Positions 38,331 through 48,572 of a DNA stretch of 64,000 nt are shown here, piece by piece. Position 1 is the stretch's first letter; each line of letters opens with the position of its first letter. Below the pieces are notes generated by a model. It made no database searches. It was not told where the DNA came from and saw only the letters and a program-made list of their open reading frames with translations. The position numbers and the translations under genes are program-made. The stretch is from Candidatus Nanoarchaeia archaeon (lineage in GTDB: Archaea; Nanobdellota; Nanobdellia; SCGC-AAA011-G17; GW2011-AR17). Location of the stretch: NCBI GenBank assembly GCA_028706745.1, contig JAQTVM010000007.1:7008-71007 (forward strand), written 5' to 3'.

Positions 38331-39591
38331 CATCCACGGGCTTTAACCTTGAAGCCCTGAATGCAGGTATTGCACCGGCCACCATTCCTATTGCAACAGA
38401 AACCAATAAAGCGCCGATTATCAGTTCAGGCGTTACTGCAGCATTGCCCAAGAAACCCATTGCTCCTCCTCTGCCCGGCATTGAAGCGCCTGTGCCTGCC
38501 ATTGAGCTTATGAATCCGGAGCCAAACCATCCAAGAATAATCCCGCCAATGCCGCCGACAAAACCAATAAGCCCTGAATTAAAGAGGAATATCAGCATTA
38601 TGTCCCTGTTTTTTGAGCCGATTGCCTTCATTATGCCAATTTCCCTTGTTTTTTCCAAAACAGAAGTAAACATTGTGTTTGCAATGCCGATTGCCCCTAC
38701 AATAAGCGAAATGACTGCTATGGCGCCAAGGAACAATGTCATTGCGCTCATTGTCTCCTGCATTGTTTCCTGCATTGCCTTCATGGAGCTAACGCTGAAA
38801 TCCTTGTCTTTTTCCTTTAATATTCCCCTTGAAAGCATAAGCTTCCTGTTTATCTCATCAATAGTGGAATCTGTAAGCGAAACATCATTTACCTTAACTG
38901 TTATTGAATCAAGCTTTTTATCGCCTATGCCTTCGACAACTTCCCTTGCCATATCAATGGGCATATAAACATTAGAGCCTTCCTGAAGTATGCCAACAAC
39001 CTTAAAAGCCGTGCCTTCAATGATAACTTTTGAATTAAGAGGGATTCCGTCTTCAAAAATTGATTCCACTATTCTTCCGCCAAGAACAACTGAGAATGTG
39101 TCTGCTTTTGAAAGGAGCCTGCCTGAAGCAAGCTTGTCTGTTGTAATCTCTTTCCATACAGCAGTATCCACTCCCTGCACTGAAAGAGTTGAGCTTTTGC
39201 TTCCGTAAGTTACTGAAGCCCTGCCTGAGACAGTGCCCATTGCATATTTTACATTTGGAATTGCATTAATGACAAGCACGTCTGATTTTGTAAGATTTTT
39301 TGATTTTGAAGATGAAGCGCTCGAGCTTCCAAACCCGCCAGGTCCGCCTTCAGGCATACGGAATTCACCCATTCTGCCTGATGCCCGTGAAGCGCCGGGC
39401 GAGACAGTAAGAATGTCAGCCCCAAGGCTTCCCAGCCTGTCCTCAAGCTGCTGTTTTGCACCTTCGCTGATTGAAACAATTGAAACAACAGCGGCAACGC
39501 CGATGACTATGCCCAATATGGTAAGCCAGCTGCGAAGCTTGCTGTGAAACAATATGTTCAATGCAAGCGAAAGGGATTTCCTTATTTTCAT
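38314..39591 (-). CDS. ABC transporter permease, FtsX/MacB family
   Basis: 425 aa; N-terminal TM, large extracytoplasmic domain, C-terminal FtsX-like 3-TM bundle ending …RLKPVDALRYE. Confidence 0.85.
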   Translation of the reverse strand: MKIRKSLSLALNILFHSKLRSWLTILGIVIGVAAVVSIVSISEGAKQQLEDRLGSLGADILTVSPGASRASGRMGEFRMPEGGPGGFGSSSASSSKSKNLTKSDVLVINAIPNVKYAMGTVSGRASVTYGSKSSTLSVQGVDTAVWKEITTDKLASGRLLSKADTFSVVLGGRIVESIFEDGIPLNSKVIIEGTAFKVVGILQEGSNVYMPIDMAREVVEGIGDKKLDSITVKVNDVSLTDSTIDEINRKLMLSRGILKEKDKDFSVSSMKAMQETMQETMSAMTLFLGAIAVISLIVGAIGIANTMFTSVLEKTREIGIMKAIGSKNRDIMLIFLFNSGLIGFVGGIGGIILGWFGSGFISSMAGTGASMPGRGGAMGFLGNAAVTPELIIGALLVSVAIGMVAGAIPAFRASRLKPVDALRYE

Positions 39592-39600
39592 TTTAAGCCC

Positions 39601-40632
39601 TTATTTTTTTCTCTCCTTTGCCCAGTCAGGAACTTCAGAGGGAGAAACGTGCGCCTTCTTTCCCGCATACCTTTTTTTTGCAAAGAAAAACGCAGCAATA
39701 AGCCCTATAAGCAGAGCAGCGCCAGCCTGCCAGGTAAATAATGAAGACAATGAAAATGCGCTTTGAGCCTGCGTTGTTCTTCTTGCCCCTAAATTTCCAA
39801 AGCCTGTCATATTTATTGCGCCATTCATGTTCAAAGGCAGCGCAGTATTTATTACCCTTCTAACGCCAAGGCTGTCTGTGTAATAAATGTCAAACTTCAG
39901 CTCTTTCGCAGATTCCGCAGGCGCTTTTAAATTTTCAAAAGGCATCTGCTGAAAATCTCCTGTCCTGTTCTGCCTGCCCGTCTGCATTGCTTGTGAAATG
40001 CTGAACCCCACAACAGTGTAATCACCGCTTTCAAGATTTCCCACCATCTGCCCGTCAGTGCCTGTAACCCTGAAATTTTCCTGCTCAGGAATCCTTACAA
40101 CAACCGAGTTTGCAATGTTTTTCCCTGTGTTTGCAAGGGCAATTGTCACTTCTGTGCCGCTGACTTCCTGAATAAGCGCATCAAAGCTTGTTCTTGAGTC
40201 CTCCAGAGTAACATTAAAAAATTCAATATGGTATGAGCCTGTTGGCGAGGAAATGCCGTTTGCGCCATAATGGGCTTCAATGTCATATTCTCCTTCAAGC
40301 GCATCCTTGTCAACCCTCAACTTGTAAGGGACCATCCAGTTGCTGTTCTGATTTGAGATAAAGGTATTGCTTTCAAGAGTTTTCAGGGATTCATCGCCAT
40401 CCAAGGAAAAAGGATATGTTGGAATCAGCTTAATCCACACCCCTTTATCGCAGTTTGAGCCTGCAACTCCTGTCACCATAAATACAAGCTTTACATAGCT
40501 GTCAGGCATTCCGGGATAAGGGTCCTGGTTAAGCAGCGTTACGCTTGGACTGCAAGCAGCATCCCCTATGGCAGAAACCGCACCGGCAAAAGCCAATGCA
40601 AACAGCATTACTAATACTATTGTCTTATTCAT
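39601..40632 (-). CDS. secreted surface protein with C-terminal TM anchor, embedded in the ABC operon
   Basis: 343 aa; signal MNKTIVLVMLFALAFAGAVSA; C-terminal ALLIGLIAAFFFAKKRYAGKK. Confidence 0.65.
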   Translation of the reverse strand: MNKTIVLVMLFALAFAGAVSAIGDAACSPSVTLLNQDPYPGMPDSYVKLVFMVTGVAGSNCDKGVWIKLIPTYPFSLDGDESLKTLESNTFISNQNSNWMVPYKLRVDKDALEGEYDIEAHYGANGISSPTGSYHIEFFNVTLEDSRTSFDALIQEVSGTEVTIALANTGKNIANSVVVRIPEQENFRVTGTDGQMVGNLESGDYTVVGFSISQAMQTGRQNRTGDFQQMPFENLKAPAESAKELKFDIYYTDSLGVRRVINTALPLNMNGAINMTGFGNLGARRTTQAQSAFSLSSLFTWQAGAALLIGLIAAFFFAKKRYAGKKAHVSPSEVPDWAKERKK

Positions 40633-40636
40633 TTTT

Positions 40637-41332
40637 CTATCCTCCTCTCGATGTTTCTTTCTCTATCATACCGTCTTTCAGGTAAATGATTCTCTGTGCG
40701 CATTTAACAAGCTCTGTGTCGTGAGTGATAAGCACTACTGTCTTCCCGCCCTTGTGCATTCTTCCCAAAAAGTCAACTACAAATCTTCCTGTTTTTGAAT
40801 CCAGGTTGCCTGTAGGCTCGTCTGCAAGAATTACCTCCGGATCATTTGAAAGGGCTCTTGCAATTGCAACCCTCTGCTGCTGCCCTCCGCTAAGCTCATT
40901 CGGCTTGTGATGCAGCCTGTTGCCCAAATCAAGAAGCCCAAGAAGCCACTCTGCCCTTTTTCTTGCCTCTTTTTCAGAAACACCTATTACTTCCATCGGC
41001 AGCATCACGTTCTGCAATGCGCTTAATGTCGGAAGAAGATTGAACTGCTGGAATATAAATCCCACCTTTTTTCCGCGCAGGAATGCAAGAGAAGACTCGC
41101 GCATACTTGCTATGTTCTTCCCGTCAAGGTAAACAGAGCCCCACGAAGGCTTGTCAAGAGCGCCGACAATGTTCATCATTGTTGACTTTCCGCTTCCTGA
41201 AGGTCCTGTAATTGCAAGAAACTCCCCTCTTTGGATGTCAATGCTTATTGATTTCAAGACAACAAGAGGCCCTGCCTTGCCCATGTCATACTTTTTCCAG
41301 ACATTATCTATTTTTATTATGGGGTCTTTCAT
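40637..41332 (-). CDS. ABC transporter ATP-binding protein (MacB/LolD type)
   Basis: 231 aa; Walker [10 protein letters not shown], signature [15 protein letters not shown], Walker [12 protein letters not shown]. Confidence 0.9.
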   Translation of the reverse strand: MKDPIIKIDNVWKKYDMGKAGPLVVLKSISIDIQRGEFLAITGPSGSGKSTMMNIVGALDKPSWGSVYLDGKNIASMRESSLAFLRGKKVGFIFQQFNLLPTLSALQNVMLPMEVIGVSEKEARKRAEWLLGLLDLGNRLHHKPNELSGGQQQRVAIARALSNDPEVILADEPTGNLDSKTGRFVVDFLGRMHKGGKTVVLITHDTELVKCAQRIIYLKDGMIEKETSRGG

Positions 41333-41378
41333 TTCATATTCACCATTAAACCTTTAAGTCAAGCTGTTCCTTCGGCAT

Positions 41379-41795
41379 TTACAGGGCATCATCAGACGGC
41401 ATTCTTGGCATTCCATCCTGAAGCATCTGCTTTTTTTCCATTTGGCAAAGCAGCTTATCATCATTCATTTTACAAGTTGCAGTGATTTCCCCTCTCGGAG
41501 TTTGCATTAAACAGCTTTCTCCTTCTGATTTTCCAATGCAGGATTCGCTCATAAGCTTTTCCATTTCAACGGAACGCTCTCTCATCTCTGTTTCATTGAA
41601 ACCTGTCCTGTTAAATCCGCCCTGCCCTCTCATTGCTTCCCGCAATTCTTCTCTCGGATACATTCCCTTAAAATCATCTCTTTTTTGCGAACAACCGGAT
41701 ATAGACAGCAGGATTAGTATGATAAGAAAGATACCGCCTGCAATAATAGGCAGCGTCTGCAATATTGTTTTTTTTCTAACTGATTTCATTTGCAA
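41379..41795 (-). CDS. putative lipoprotein
   Basis: TM/signal LPIIAGGIFLIILILLSISGCS with lipobox. Confidence 0.5.
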   Translation of the reverse strand: MQMKSVRKKTILQTLPIIAGGIFLIILILLSISGCSQKRDDFKGMYPREELREAMRGQGGFNRTGFNETEMRERSVEMEKLMSESCIGKSEGESCLMQTPRGEITATCKMNDDKLLCQMEKKQMLQDGMPRMPSDDAL

Positions 41796-41870
41796 TTATA
41801 ATTGCCGAAATAGTTTATAAGCAGGGTGGACTGAAAATCCACCATGCTTAAAAGATTTAAATAGCAGATA

Positions 41871-42566
41871 ATGCTTATGATTGACATGATACCGCGCGGA
41901 ATGTTTGCTTCAAGCATGGGCATTGAGATGGTTTATTCTTTTATCATAATAGTCTGCAGCCTTATGATTTATTTCGGAACAAAGGAATTGTATGAACTGA
42001 GCTCTTACAAAGGCATCAAGTATTTCAGGCAGTCTTTCCTTTTCTTTGCCATAGCATATTTTTTCAGGTCATTCATAATGATGCTTTTGTTCCTGTTTGC
42101 AAGCCCGATGGTGCTTGACATATCGCCAAGGATTTTTGGCAGGATTACGCTGTTCCTGTTCATGTATTTCAGCGCAATGGCTGTATTTTATCTTGTTTAC
42201 AGCATAATGTGGAAGGAGTGGAGCAGGAAGAAATGGATTATGTATGTTATCCAAGGCACTGCGCTTTTTATCGGGCTTGTGAGCATGCAGTCAAGAGAGC
42301 CTGCTTTTCAGCTTTTGATAAATGTTTTCCTGCTTGCGTTTGCCGCTTTTGGCTTTTGCAGGGCTTACAGGGATTCCAAAAAAAAGAAACAGAAGCACGG
42401 GCTTTACTTTGCATACAGTCTCTTGCTTGTTTTCTGGATTTTAAATGTTCTCAGCGCCGTAATTCCCAGATTTCTTCAGCAGTACCATATGATAATCTAC
42501 CTTGCGTCAATATTCATATTTCTTATGATTCTTTACAGGGTTTTAAGAAGAGTGGGTCCTGAGTGA
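41871..42566 (+). CDS. hypothetical polytopic membrane protein
   Basis: 231 aa, ~7 hydrophobic helices. Confidence 0.55.
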   Translation: MLMIDMIPRGMFASSMGIEMVYSFIIIVCSLMIYFGTKELYELSSYKGIKYFRQSFLFFAIAYFFRSFIMMLLFLFASPMVLDISPRIFGRITLFLFMYFSAMAVFYLVYSIMWKEWSRKKWIMYVIQGTALFIGLVSMQSREPAFQLLINVFLLAFAAFGFCRAYRDSKKKKQKHGLYFAYSLLLVFWILNVLSAVIPRFLQQYHMIIYLASIFIFLMILYRVLRRVGPE

Positions 42567-42841
42567 GAATGGCAAAAAGGGGCAGGCTTGAGATAATCAG
42601 GGGGATTCTTGATACTATAAATGAAAGCCATAATTCAATAAAGATTACGCCTCTCTTAAGAAAAACAGGGCTTTCTTCAAGCAGGTTCAGAGAATATTAC
42701 AATGAGCTTCTTGCAAAAAGGCTTGTGATTGAATCAATTGACAAAAAAGGCGGAAAGCATGTCAGCCTATCTGAAAAAGGATTCAGGTTCCTCGAAAAAT
42801 ACAGGGTTATTGTTGATTTTATCGATGAGTTTGAGCTTTGA
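42563..42841 (+). CDS. winged-helix DNA-binding protein
   Basis: 92 aa; 4-nt overlap with the membrane protein gene. Confidence 0.55.
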   Translation: MRMAKRGRLEIIRGILDTINESHNSIKITPLLRKTGLSSSRFREYYNELLAKRLVIESIDKKGGKHVSLSEKGFRFLEKYRVIVDFIDEFEL

Positions 42842-42904
42842 TTGCCTTTGCGATAGTTGTTTTGCATAACAATAAAGCTTATTAATGACTACTTCATATA
42901 GAAT

Positions 42905-44551
42905 TTGATTTTAAAAAAAAGGTGTTATGATTTGGCGCAGACAAAACTTGTTGATGACAAAGGCGAAGTGAAGCAGGGCAGGATAATAGCTGACGAGCTT
43001 GCAACAAAGCAGAGGGAAATTTCTGTTTCAGAGTTCTTTTTGAAAAACAGGCACCTTCTCGGCTTTGACAATCCGAAGAAAGCGCTCCTTACTGCAGTGA
43101 AAGAGGCTGTTGACAATTCACTTGACGCCTGCGAAGAGGCAAAAATAGCGCCGGAGCTTAAGATAATTATAGAGAGTTCAGGAGAAGACAGATACAAGGT
43201 AATGATTGAGGACAACGGTCCGGGCATTGTAAAGGAGCAGGTTGGAAGGGTGTTTGGAAAACTTCTTTACGGAAGCAAGTTCCACAGATTAAAATGCTCA
43301 AGAGGACAGCAGGGAATCGGAATTTCCGCGGCTGCAATGTACGGACAGCTGACAACAGGAAAGCCCATTAAAATATGGACTAAAATTTCCCCGAAAAGGC
43401 CTGCAATGTATTTTGAGCTTTTCATTGACACAAGAAAAAACGAGCCGAACATCACAAAGCATGAAGATGCCGAATGGAACGAGAAAGAGCACGGAGTAAA
43501 GCTTGAGATTGAGCTTGAGGCAAAGTATGCAAAGGGAAAGCAGAGCGTTGATGATTACCTTAAGCAGGTTGCAATTGCAAACCCGCACTGCCATATTCTT
43601 TACATTAATCCTGAAAAAGAGATAATGGAATTCCCATCAGTTACAAAGCAGGCACCGAAAGAGCCTAAGGAAATCAAGCCGCACCCTTACGGAGTGGAGC
43701 TTGGAATGCTGATGAAGATGCTGAAAGACACGAAAGCAAGCAGGGTTTCAAGCTTTTTGCAGACAGAGTTCTGCAGGGTAAGCCCTGCCGTGTCAAAGGA
43801 AATATGCACAAAAGCAATGGTTGATGAGGGGATTAAACCAATGAAGGTTGAGCCCCATGAGGTTGAAGCATTATACAAGGCAATACAAGGCACAAAGATA
43901 ATGTCTCCGCCGACAGACTGCCTTGTGCCAATCGGCGAGGATGCTTTGGTAAAAGGGCTTAAGAAAGAGGTTGCTGCCGAGTTTTACACTGCAATCACAA
44001 GACCGCCCGCGGTTTACAGGGGCAATCCGTTCCAGATTGAGGTTGGGCTTGCTTTCGGCGGCTCGCTTGAAACAGATGAATTGGTAAAAGTAATGAGATT
44101 TGCAAACAGAGTTCCTTTATTGTACCAGCAGGGCGCGTGCGCAAGCTACGGCGCAACAGTCGGCACAATGTGGAGAAACTACGGATTAAGCCAAAGCAAG
44201 GGAGCTCTTCCGGCAGGACCTGCTTTGATTCTTGTCCATATGTCATCAGTATGGGTGCCTTTCACTTCAGAGGCAAAAGAGGCAATCGCATCATACCCGG
44301 AAATAATGCACGAAATGAAGCTTGCTTTGCAGGAAGTCGGAAGGCAGCTCGGGATTTACATAAGAAAGAACATACGCGCAAAAGAGCAGAAGGAAAGGGC
44401 AAGCCTTTTTGAGAATTACATACCGGAGCTTGCTGACTCGGTTGCAAGGCTTTCAGGCGAGAAGAAAACAGAGCTTATTGCATCACTGCAGAAAATGCTT
44501 AAGAAAAGCATGCCTGAAATTTTGCGAGAGGCGGCGGGAGAGCAGAAATGA
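42905..44551 (+). CDS. top6B: DNA topoisomerase VI subunit B
   Basis: GHKL ATPase motifs (KEAVDNSLDA, IEDNGPGI, GQQGIG), transducer domain; start uncertain (TTG at 42905 per track; alternative TTG at 42932 with AGGTG 7 nt upstream). Confidence 0.9.
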   Translation: MILKKRCYDLAQTKLVDDKGEVKQGRIIADELATKQREISVSEFFLKNRHLLGFDNPKKALLTAVKEAVDNSLDACEEAKIAPELKIIIESSGEDRYKVMIEDNGPGIVKEQVGRVFGKLLYGSKFHRLKCSRGQQGIGISAAAMYGQLTTGKPIKIWTKISPKRPAMYFELFIDTRKNEPNITKHEDAEWNEKEHGVKLEIELEAKYAKGKQSVDDYLKQVAIANPHCHILYINPEKEIMEFPSVTKQAPKEPKEIKPHPYGVELGMLMKMLKDTKASRVSSFLQTEFCRVSPAVSKEICTKAMVDEGIKPMKVEPHEVEALYKAIQGTKIMSPPTDCLVPIGEDALVKGLKKEVAAEFYTAITRPPAVYRGNPFQIEVGLAFGGSLETDELVKVMRFANRVPLLYQQGACASYGATVGTMWRNYGLSQSKGALPAGPALILVHMSSVWVPFTSEAKEAIASYPEIMHEMKLALQEVGRQLGIYIRKNIRAKEQKERASLFENYIPELADSVARLSGEKKTELIASLQKMLKKSMPEILREAAGEQK

Positions 44552-45624
44552 GCAGCCCAAAACAGGAGCTTCAGAAGCTCGGCAAAAAGATTGCAGATGA
44601 CATAAATAAAGGAAAAAATCCTTCAATAGACATTCCTGTAAGGGCATTGTCAAATATTGTGTATGACCAGAAGAAATGCACAATAAGCATGGGAAATGCA
44701 AAGGCAACAAGATATTTCTTCAATGTAGCCCATTCAAAGAAGTTCATGCAGACTGCAGAAGTTGCAGCAATAAGCAAGGACCTTGTGGATTTGGGCAAGC
44801 ACGCAAGCTTAAGGGATGTTTTTTACATGGCAAAAAGAACCATTCCAAATACAAAAGTAAACCTTGTTGACGAACAGAGTGAAACAGACAAGGCAATAGA
44901 GGACCTTGAGCTTGTGACTGAATGCGCAAGGGAGCAGCTTAACATAAATGCAAACAAGATGGGCTCTGTTGCAGGAAGAGTCATTGTTGAGGACCACGGA
45001 GACAAGATTGACTGGAGCAAGCTTGGCTCAGGCGGATGGTCAATACCCTCAAATGTCGAGGATGTGAAATTTCTCAAAAGCGATGCAAAGTATATCATAT
45101 ACATGGAAAAAGCAGCAGTTTGGGAGAGACTGCACGAGGACAAGTACTGGGAAAAACAGCACTGCATAATAATGTGCTCGCAGGGGCAGGCTACAAGGGG
45201 AATAAGAAGATTATTGCAAAGAATGCAGGATGAGCTGAAATTGCCTGTGTATGTCCTTACTGACTTTGACCCATGGGGAATTTACATTTATTCTGTCTTG
45301 AAGTACGGCTCAATAAGCTTGGCGCACATTACTGAAAAATTGTCTGTAGGCGGATGCAAGTTCCTTGGAATTACCGCAGATGACATCATAAAGTATGACC
45401 TGAAAAAGCATTTCATAAAGTTTGAGGAAAATGACGCCAAGAGGCTTGCCCAGATTACGAAGTACGACTGGTTCAAGGACAACAAGGCGTGGCAGAGGCA
45501 GTTCAAGATGATGAAGGAATTCAAGGCAAAAGCGGAAATCCAGGCAATGAGTGCCCGCGGGATTTCATTTATTTCTGAGAAGTACCTTCCTGACAAGATA
45601 AAGAATCAGGACTGGATTGAGTAA
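44548..45624 (+). CDS. top6A: DNA topoisomerase VI subunit A (Spo11-like)
   Basis: 358 aa; 4-nt overlap with top6B; winged-helix/5Y-CAP region and Toprim DxD (VLTDFDPWG). Confidence 0.9.
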   Translation: MSSPKQELQKLGKKIADDINKGKNPSIDIPVRALSNIVYDQKKCTISMGNAKATRYFFNVAHSKKFMQTAEVAAISKDLVDLGKHASLRDVFYMAKRTIPNTKVNLVDEQSETDKAIEDLELVTECAREQLNINANKMGSVAGRVIVEDHGDKIDWSKLGSGGWSIPSNVEDVKFLKSDAKYIIYMEKAAVWERLHEDKYWEKQHCIIMCSQGQATRGIRRLLQRMQDELKLPVYVLTDFDPWGIYIYSVLKYGSISLAHITEKLSVGGCKFLGITADDIIKYDLKKHFIKFEENDAKRLAQITKYDWFKDNKAWQRQFKMMKEFKAKAEIQAMSARGISFISEKYLPDKIKNQDWIE

Positions 45625-45681
45625 GGCTTATATAGAGGGAGTTTATCCTAATTTCTATCAGTTTATAGGGAGGAATTCAAA

Positions 45682-46248
45682 ATGGTAGTCGGACCGAGCG
45701 GGCTTGGAAGCAAGGCGTATGAAATATCATGCAAAGACAAGCAGGATGTTGCGCAAGTTTTGGAAGAGGAACTGGACAGGCTTCTTGCGGCAATAGGCAA
45801 GTGCAGTACTGAAACCCGTGACGGAATAAATGTGTATGACCCTGCAAAGCTCGTGTCAAAAAGGCTTCCGCACATACCCCGCATAGAAAAATTAGTTGAA
45901 GAGGTTTTTGAAAAAACACTGAAGGCAGAATATGAAAGAGCAGGGTGGCATGCCCAGTATAATGCCGCATCCACTAATAGCTATACAGCACAAATCATGA
46001 TTTATACGGATTTAAAACTGGCAAGACTAACACCAAAACAGTTCAACGAAAACAAAAACTTATTCTCTAAAGTAGGTCAAGCAAGAATAAGGGAAGCGCC
46101 GATGCAATTGAACTGGGATATGTTAAGAGATATAGACAGAATGGCTCCTAAAAGCGCAACGCACTATTTTGTCAACACAAATTCCGACGGCGAAATATGG
46201 GCTGATTATGACGGCGACGCCTTAGTAGACTATTACAGGAAGAAGTAA
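45682..46248 (+). CDS. hypothetical protein
   Basis: 188-aa ORF downstream of top6A, GGGAGG SD upstream. Confidence 0.55.
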   Translation: MVVGPSGLGSKAYEISCKDKQDVAQVLEEELDRLLAAIGKCSTETRDGINVYDPAKLVSKRLPHIPRIEKLVEEVFEKTLKAEYERAGWHAQYNAASTNSYTAQIMIYTDLKLARLTPKQFNENKNLFSKVGQARIREAPMQLNWDMLRDIDRMAPKSATHYFVNTNSDGEIWADYDGDALVDYYRKK

Positions 46249-46485
46249 GCTTTTTATTTTCTTATCCCTTTAAACCTATTAACTATTATTTGCTATTTTT
46301 CCTAAATATCTATAATATCTTGGGATTAGGCTTAAAAACTAACAAAGGTGCCTCTTTCTTAAATGGTTGCCATTGACTTTCCGATAGATTTTGTCACTGT
46401 GTTCCAAACCTCACGAAGCTGCGCTTCGAAAGGTTTAAATATATAAACGTATTACACGTAATATACGTAAATTACAGGAGGGTAA

Positions 46486-46707
46486 ATGGTAAGCATAACA
46501 CTGGCTGTGCCTGCAGAGATAAAGCAAGACATGGACAGCTTTCCGGAGATAAACTGGAGCGCAGTGGCAAGAGAGGCCATAACGCGCAAGATTGAAATGC
46601 TGAAGAAGTTTCAGGAGTTTTCAAGGAAAAGCGAAATTACGGAAGCAGAAGCCATGCAGCTTGGGAAGCAGGTAAGCGCAAAAACAATGAAGAAACACAA
46701 GGGCTAA
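46486..46707 (+). CDS. VapB-like antitoxin
   Basis: 73 aa; …EINWSAVAREAI… family shared with 29150/29361; AGGAGG SD. Confidence 0.55.
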   Translation: MVSITLAVPAEIKQDMDSFPEINWSAVAREAITRKIEMLKKFQEFSRKSEITEAEAMQLGKQVSAKTMKKHKG

Positions 46708-46711
46708 AAAA

Positions 46712-47113
46712 ATGAATCTGGTTGTTGACGCAAATATTCTTTTTTCCGCGCTTATAAAAGACAACCTGACAGCCCGCCTTCTTTTTGATGAAAGATTTAC
46801 ATTTTACACTCCTGAATATATATTAGAGGAGTTTGCAAGGCACGAAAAGGATATACTTGAAAAAACTCACCGCAGCAAACCTGACTTTATTGAGATAATG
46901 AAAATTCTGAAAGAGCTGATAATAGTTTTCCCTAAAGAATATTACAGGGAATTTATGGCAGAAGCTGAAAAAATATGCCCTGACAAAGATGACACAATGT
47001 ATTTTGCGCTTGCAATAAAACTGAAGTGCGGCATCTGGAGCAATGACAAGAAACTTAAAGAGCAGGAGAAAGTCAGGGTTTATTCGACGCAGGAAATTCT
47101 CCTCATTGCGTAA
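46712..47113 (+). CDS. PIN-domain ribonuclease (VapC-like toxin)
   Basis: 133 aa; N-terminal VVDANILFSALIKD PIN signature; 4 nt after the antitoxin. Confidence 0.75.
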   Translation: MNLVVDANILFSALIKDNLTARLLFDERFTFYTPEYILEEFARHEKDILEKTHRSKPDFIEIMKILKELIIVFPKEYYREFMAEAEKICPDKDDTMYFALAIKLKCGIWSNDKKLKEQEKVRVYSTQEILLIA

Positions 47114-47145
47114 AGGTTATATACCATTCCCCTTACTAATTCATT

Positions 47146-48279
47146 ATGAACGGAAATGTCCATATTGGAAAATTGTTCGGCATTAAGATAAACCTGCATT
47201 ACACATGGTTCCTTGTGTTCTTTTTGCTTGCGTGGGCTCTTTCCTCAGGATATTTTCCAGAAAGATTGCCTGGCAAAGAGGCTTATGTCTACGGCATATT
47301 AGGGGCTCTTGCATCACTGCTTCTTTTTGCGTCTGTCCTGCTACACGAATTAAGCCACAGCCTTGTTGCATTGAAGAACAAGATAAAGGTAAGCAGCATT
47401 ACCCTGTTTTTCTTTGGAGGCGTTGCGCAGGTAAATGAGGACAATTTTACCCCGAATAAAGAGCTGAAGGTTGCAATTGCAGGGCCCATTATGAGCTTAT
47501 TCCTTGGAGGATTGTTTTTTGCGCTTTCAAAATTTTCAGGAGTTTACATCGGGGCTGTTTTTGGATATTTGGCGTTTGTTAATCTTATCCTTGGCGGATT
47601 TAACCTCGTTCCGGGATTTCCATTGGACGGCGGACGGGTGCTAAGAGCGATATTATGGAAGAAGTGGGGCGACATAAACAGGGCAACCTATGTTGCTGCA
47701 GAAGGCGGCAAGATGTTTGCAATATTCCTCATTATAATAGGCGTATTAGGAATATTTTTCGGAAGAATTGACCTCTGGTACATACTGCTTGGATTATTCC
47801 TTTATTCAATCGCAAAAAACAGCTACAAGCAGACTGTTGTAAGCAACATTCTGAAAGAATCAAAAGTCAAGGAATACATGCAGACAAAGTACAAGGCGCT
47901 TGACGCTTCAATGCCTGTTTCAGGGTTTGATTTCAAGAAATTAATGAGCTATGACCAGTGGGTTTATCCTGTATTGTCAGGCAAGAAGGTTATCGGCGTT
48001 GCACTGCAGCAGCAGATTGAAAAAGCAAAGGCTGCTGACGGAACAAGGAAGATTCTTGAGGTCACAATACCCATCCACAAGATAAAATCAGTTTCTCCCG
48101 AGGACACCTGCATAAAAGCATATGAGCTTATGATTATGCAGAGGATTGAGTTATTGCCTGTAATTGCAAATGGCAAAGTGGCGGGCGTAATAAAGGCAGC
48201 CACGCTGAATGAGCTTTTCAGCATGGCGGCTGTGAAGGCAGACGCTGAAAACAAGGCAAAAAGAAAGATTAAGCAATAG
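47146..48279 (+). CDS. site-2 protease (M50) with C-terminal CBS domains
   Basis: 377 aa; HELSHS zinc motif in a TM helix, LDGG motif, tandem CBS-like C-terminus. Confidence 0.8.
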   Translation: MNGNVHIGKLFGIKINLHYTWFLVFFLLAWALSSGYFPERLPGKEAYVYGILGALASLLLFASVLLHELSHSLVALKNKIKVSSITLFFFGGVAQVNEDNFTPNKELKVAIAGPIMSLFLGGLFFALSKFSGVYIGAVFGYLAFVNLILGGFNLVPGFPLDGGRVLRAILWKKWGDINRATYVAAEGGKMFAIFLIIIGVLGIFFGRIDLWYILLGLFLYSIAKNSYKQTVVSNILKESKVKEYMQTKYKALDASMPVSGFDFKKLMSYDQWVYPVLSGKKVIGVALQQQIEKAKAADGTRKILEVTIPIHKIKSVSPEDTCIKAYELMIMQRIELLPVIANGKVAGVIKAATLNELFSMAAVKADAENKAKRKIKQ

Positions 48280-48317
48280 AAAAGCTTTTAAAAGAGGTGT
48301 CTTTATAATTTCTGAAT

Positions 48318-48390
48318 GCTCCGGTAGCTCAGTCGGTAGAGCGCACGGCTGTTAACCGTGCGGTCACAGGTTCGAGTCCTGTCCGGGGCG
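48318..48390 (+). tRNA. tRNA-Asn (anticodon GTT)
   Basis: GCTCCGG acceptor, D-arm TAGCTCAGTCGGTAGAGC, anticodon stem CACGG/CCGTG loop CTGTTAA, T-arm ACAGGTTCGAGTCCTGT. Confidence 0.85.
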
Positions 48391-48397
48391 TTTTAAT

Positions 48398-48492
48398 GGG
48401 CCTTTAGCTTAGCCTGGCTAGAGCACTCGACTGATATCAAGCATGGCTTGGAAGAAATCGAGAGGTCGCGGGTTCGAATCCCGTAGGGCCCA
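48398..48492 (+). tRNA. tRNA-Ile (anticodon GAT) with an ~20-nt anticodon-loop intron
   Basis: GGGCCTT acceptor, anticodon stem CTCGA…TCGAG with CTGATA then inserted sequence, T-arm GCGGGTTCGAATCCCGT, 3' AGGGCCCA. Confidence 0.7.
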
Positions 48493-48572
48493 TTTCTTAA
48501 TTTTAATTGCTTGAAATAAAAATAGAGATTAGCAAACAGGATAGCCCTGCGGGTATGAACGCAGTGAATACA

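Noticed and set aside
38444-39547. Plus-strand ORFs antisense to the ABC permease
   Set aside because: They lie entirely within a well-supported FtsX/MacB permease gene on the opposite strand. Their composition is hydrophobic and low-complexity, typical of antisense frames.
44137-45233. Multiple short ORFs in both orientations within top6B/top6A
   Set aside because: They lie inside the conserved topoisomerase VI genes. Short alternative-frame ORFs of this kind are common there.
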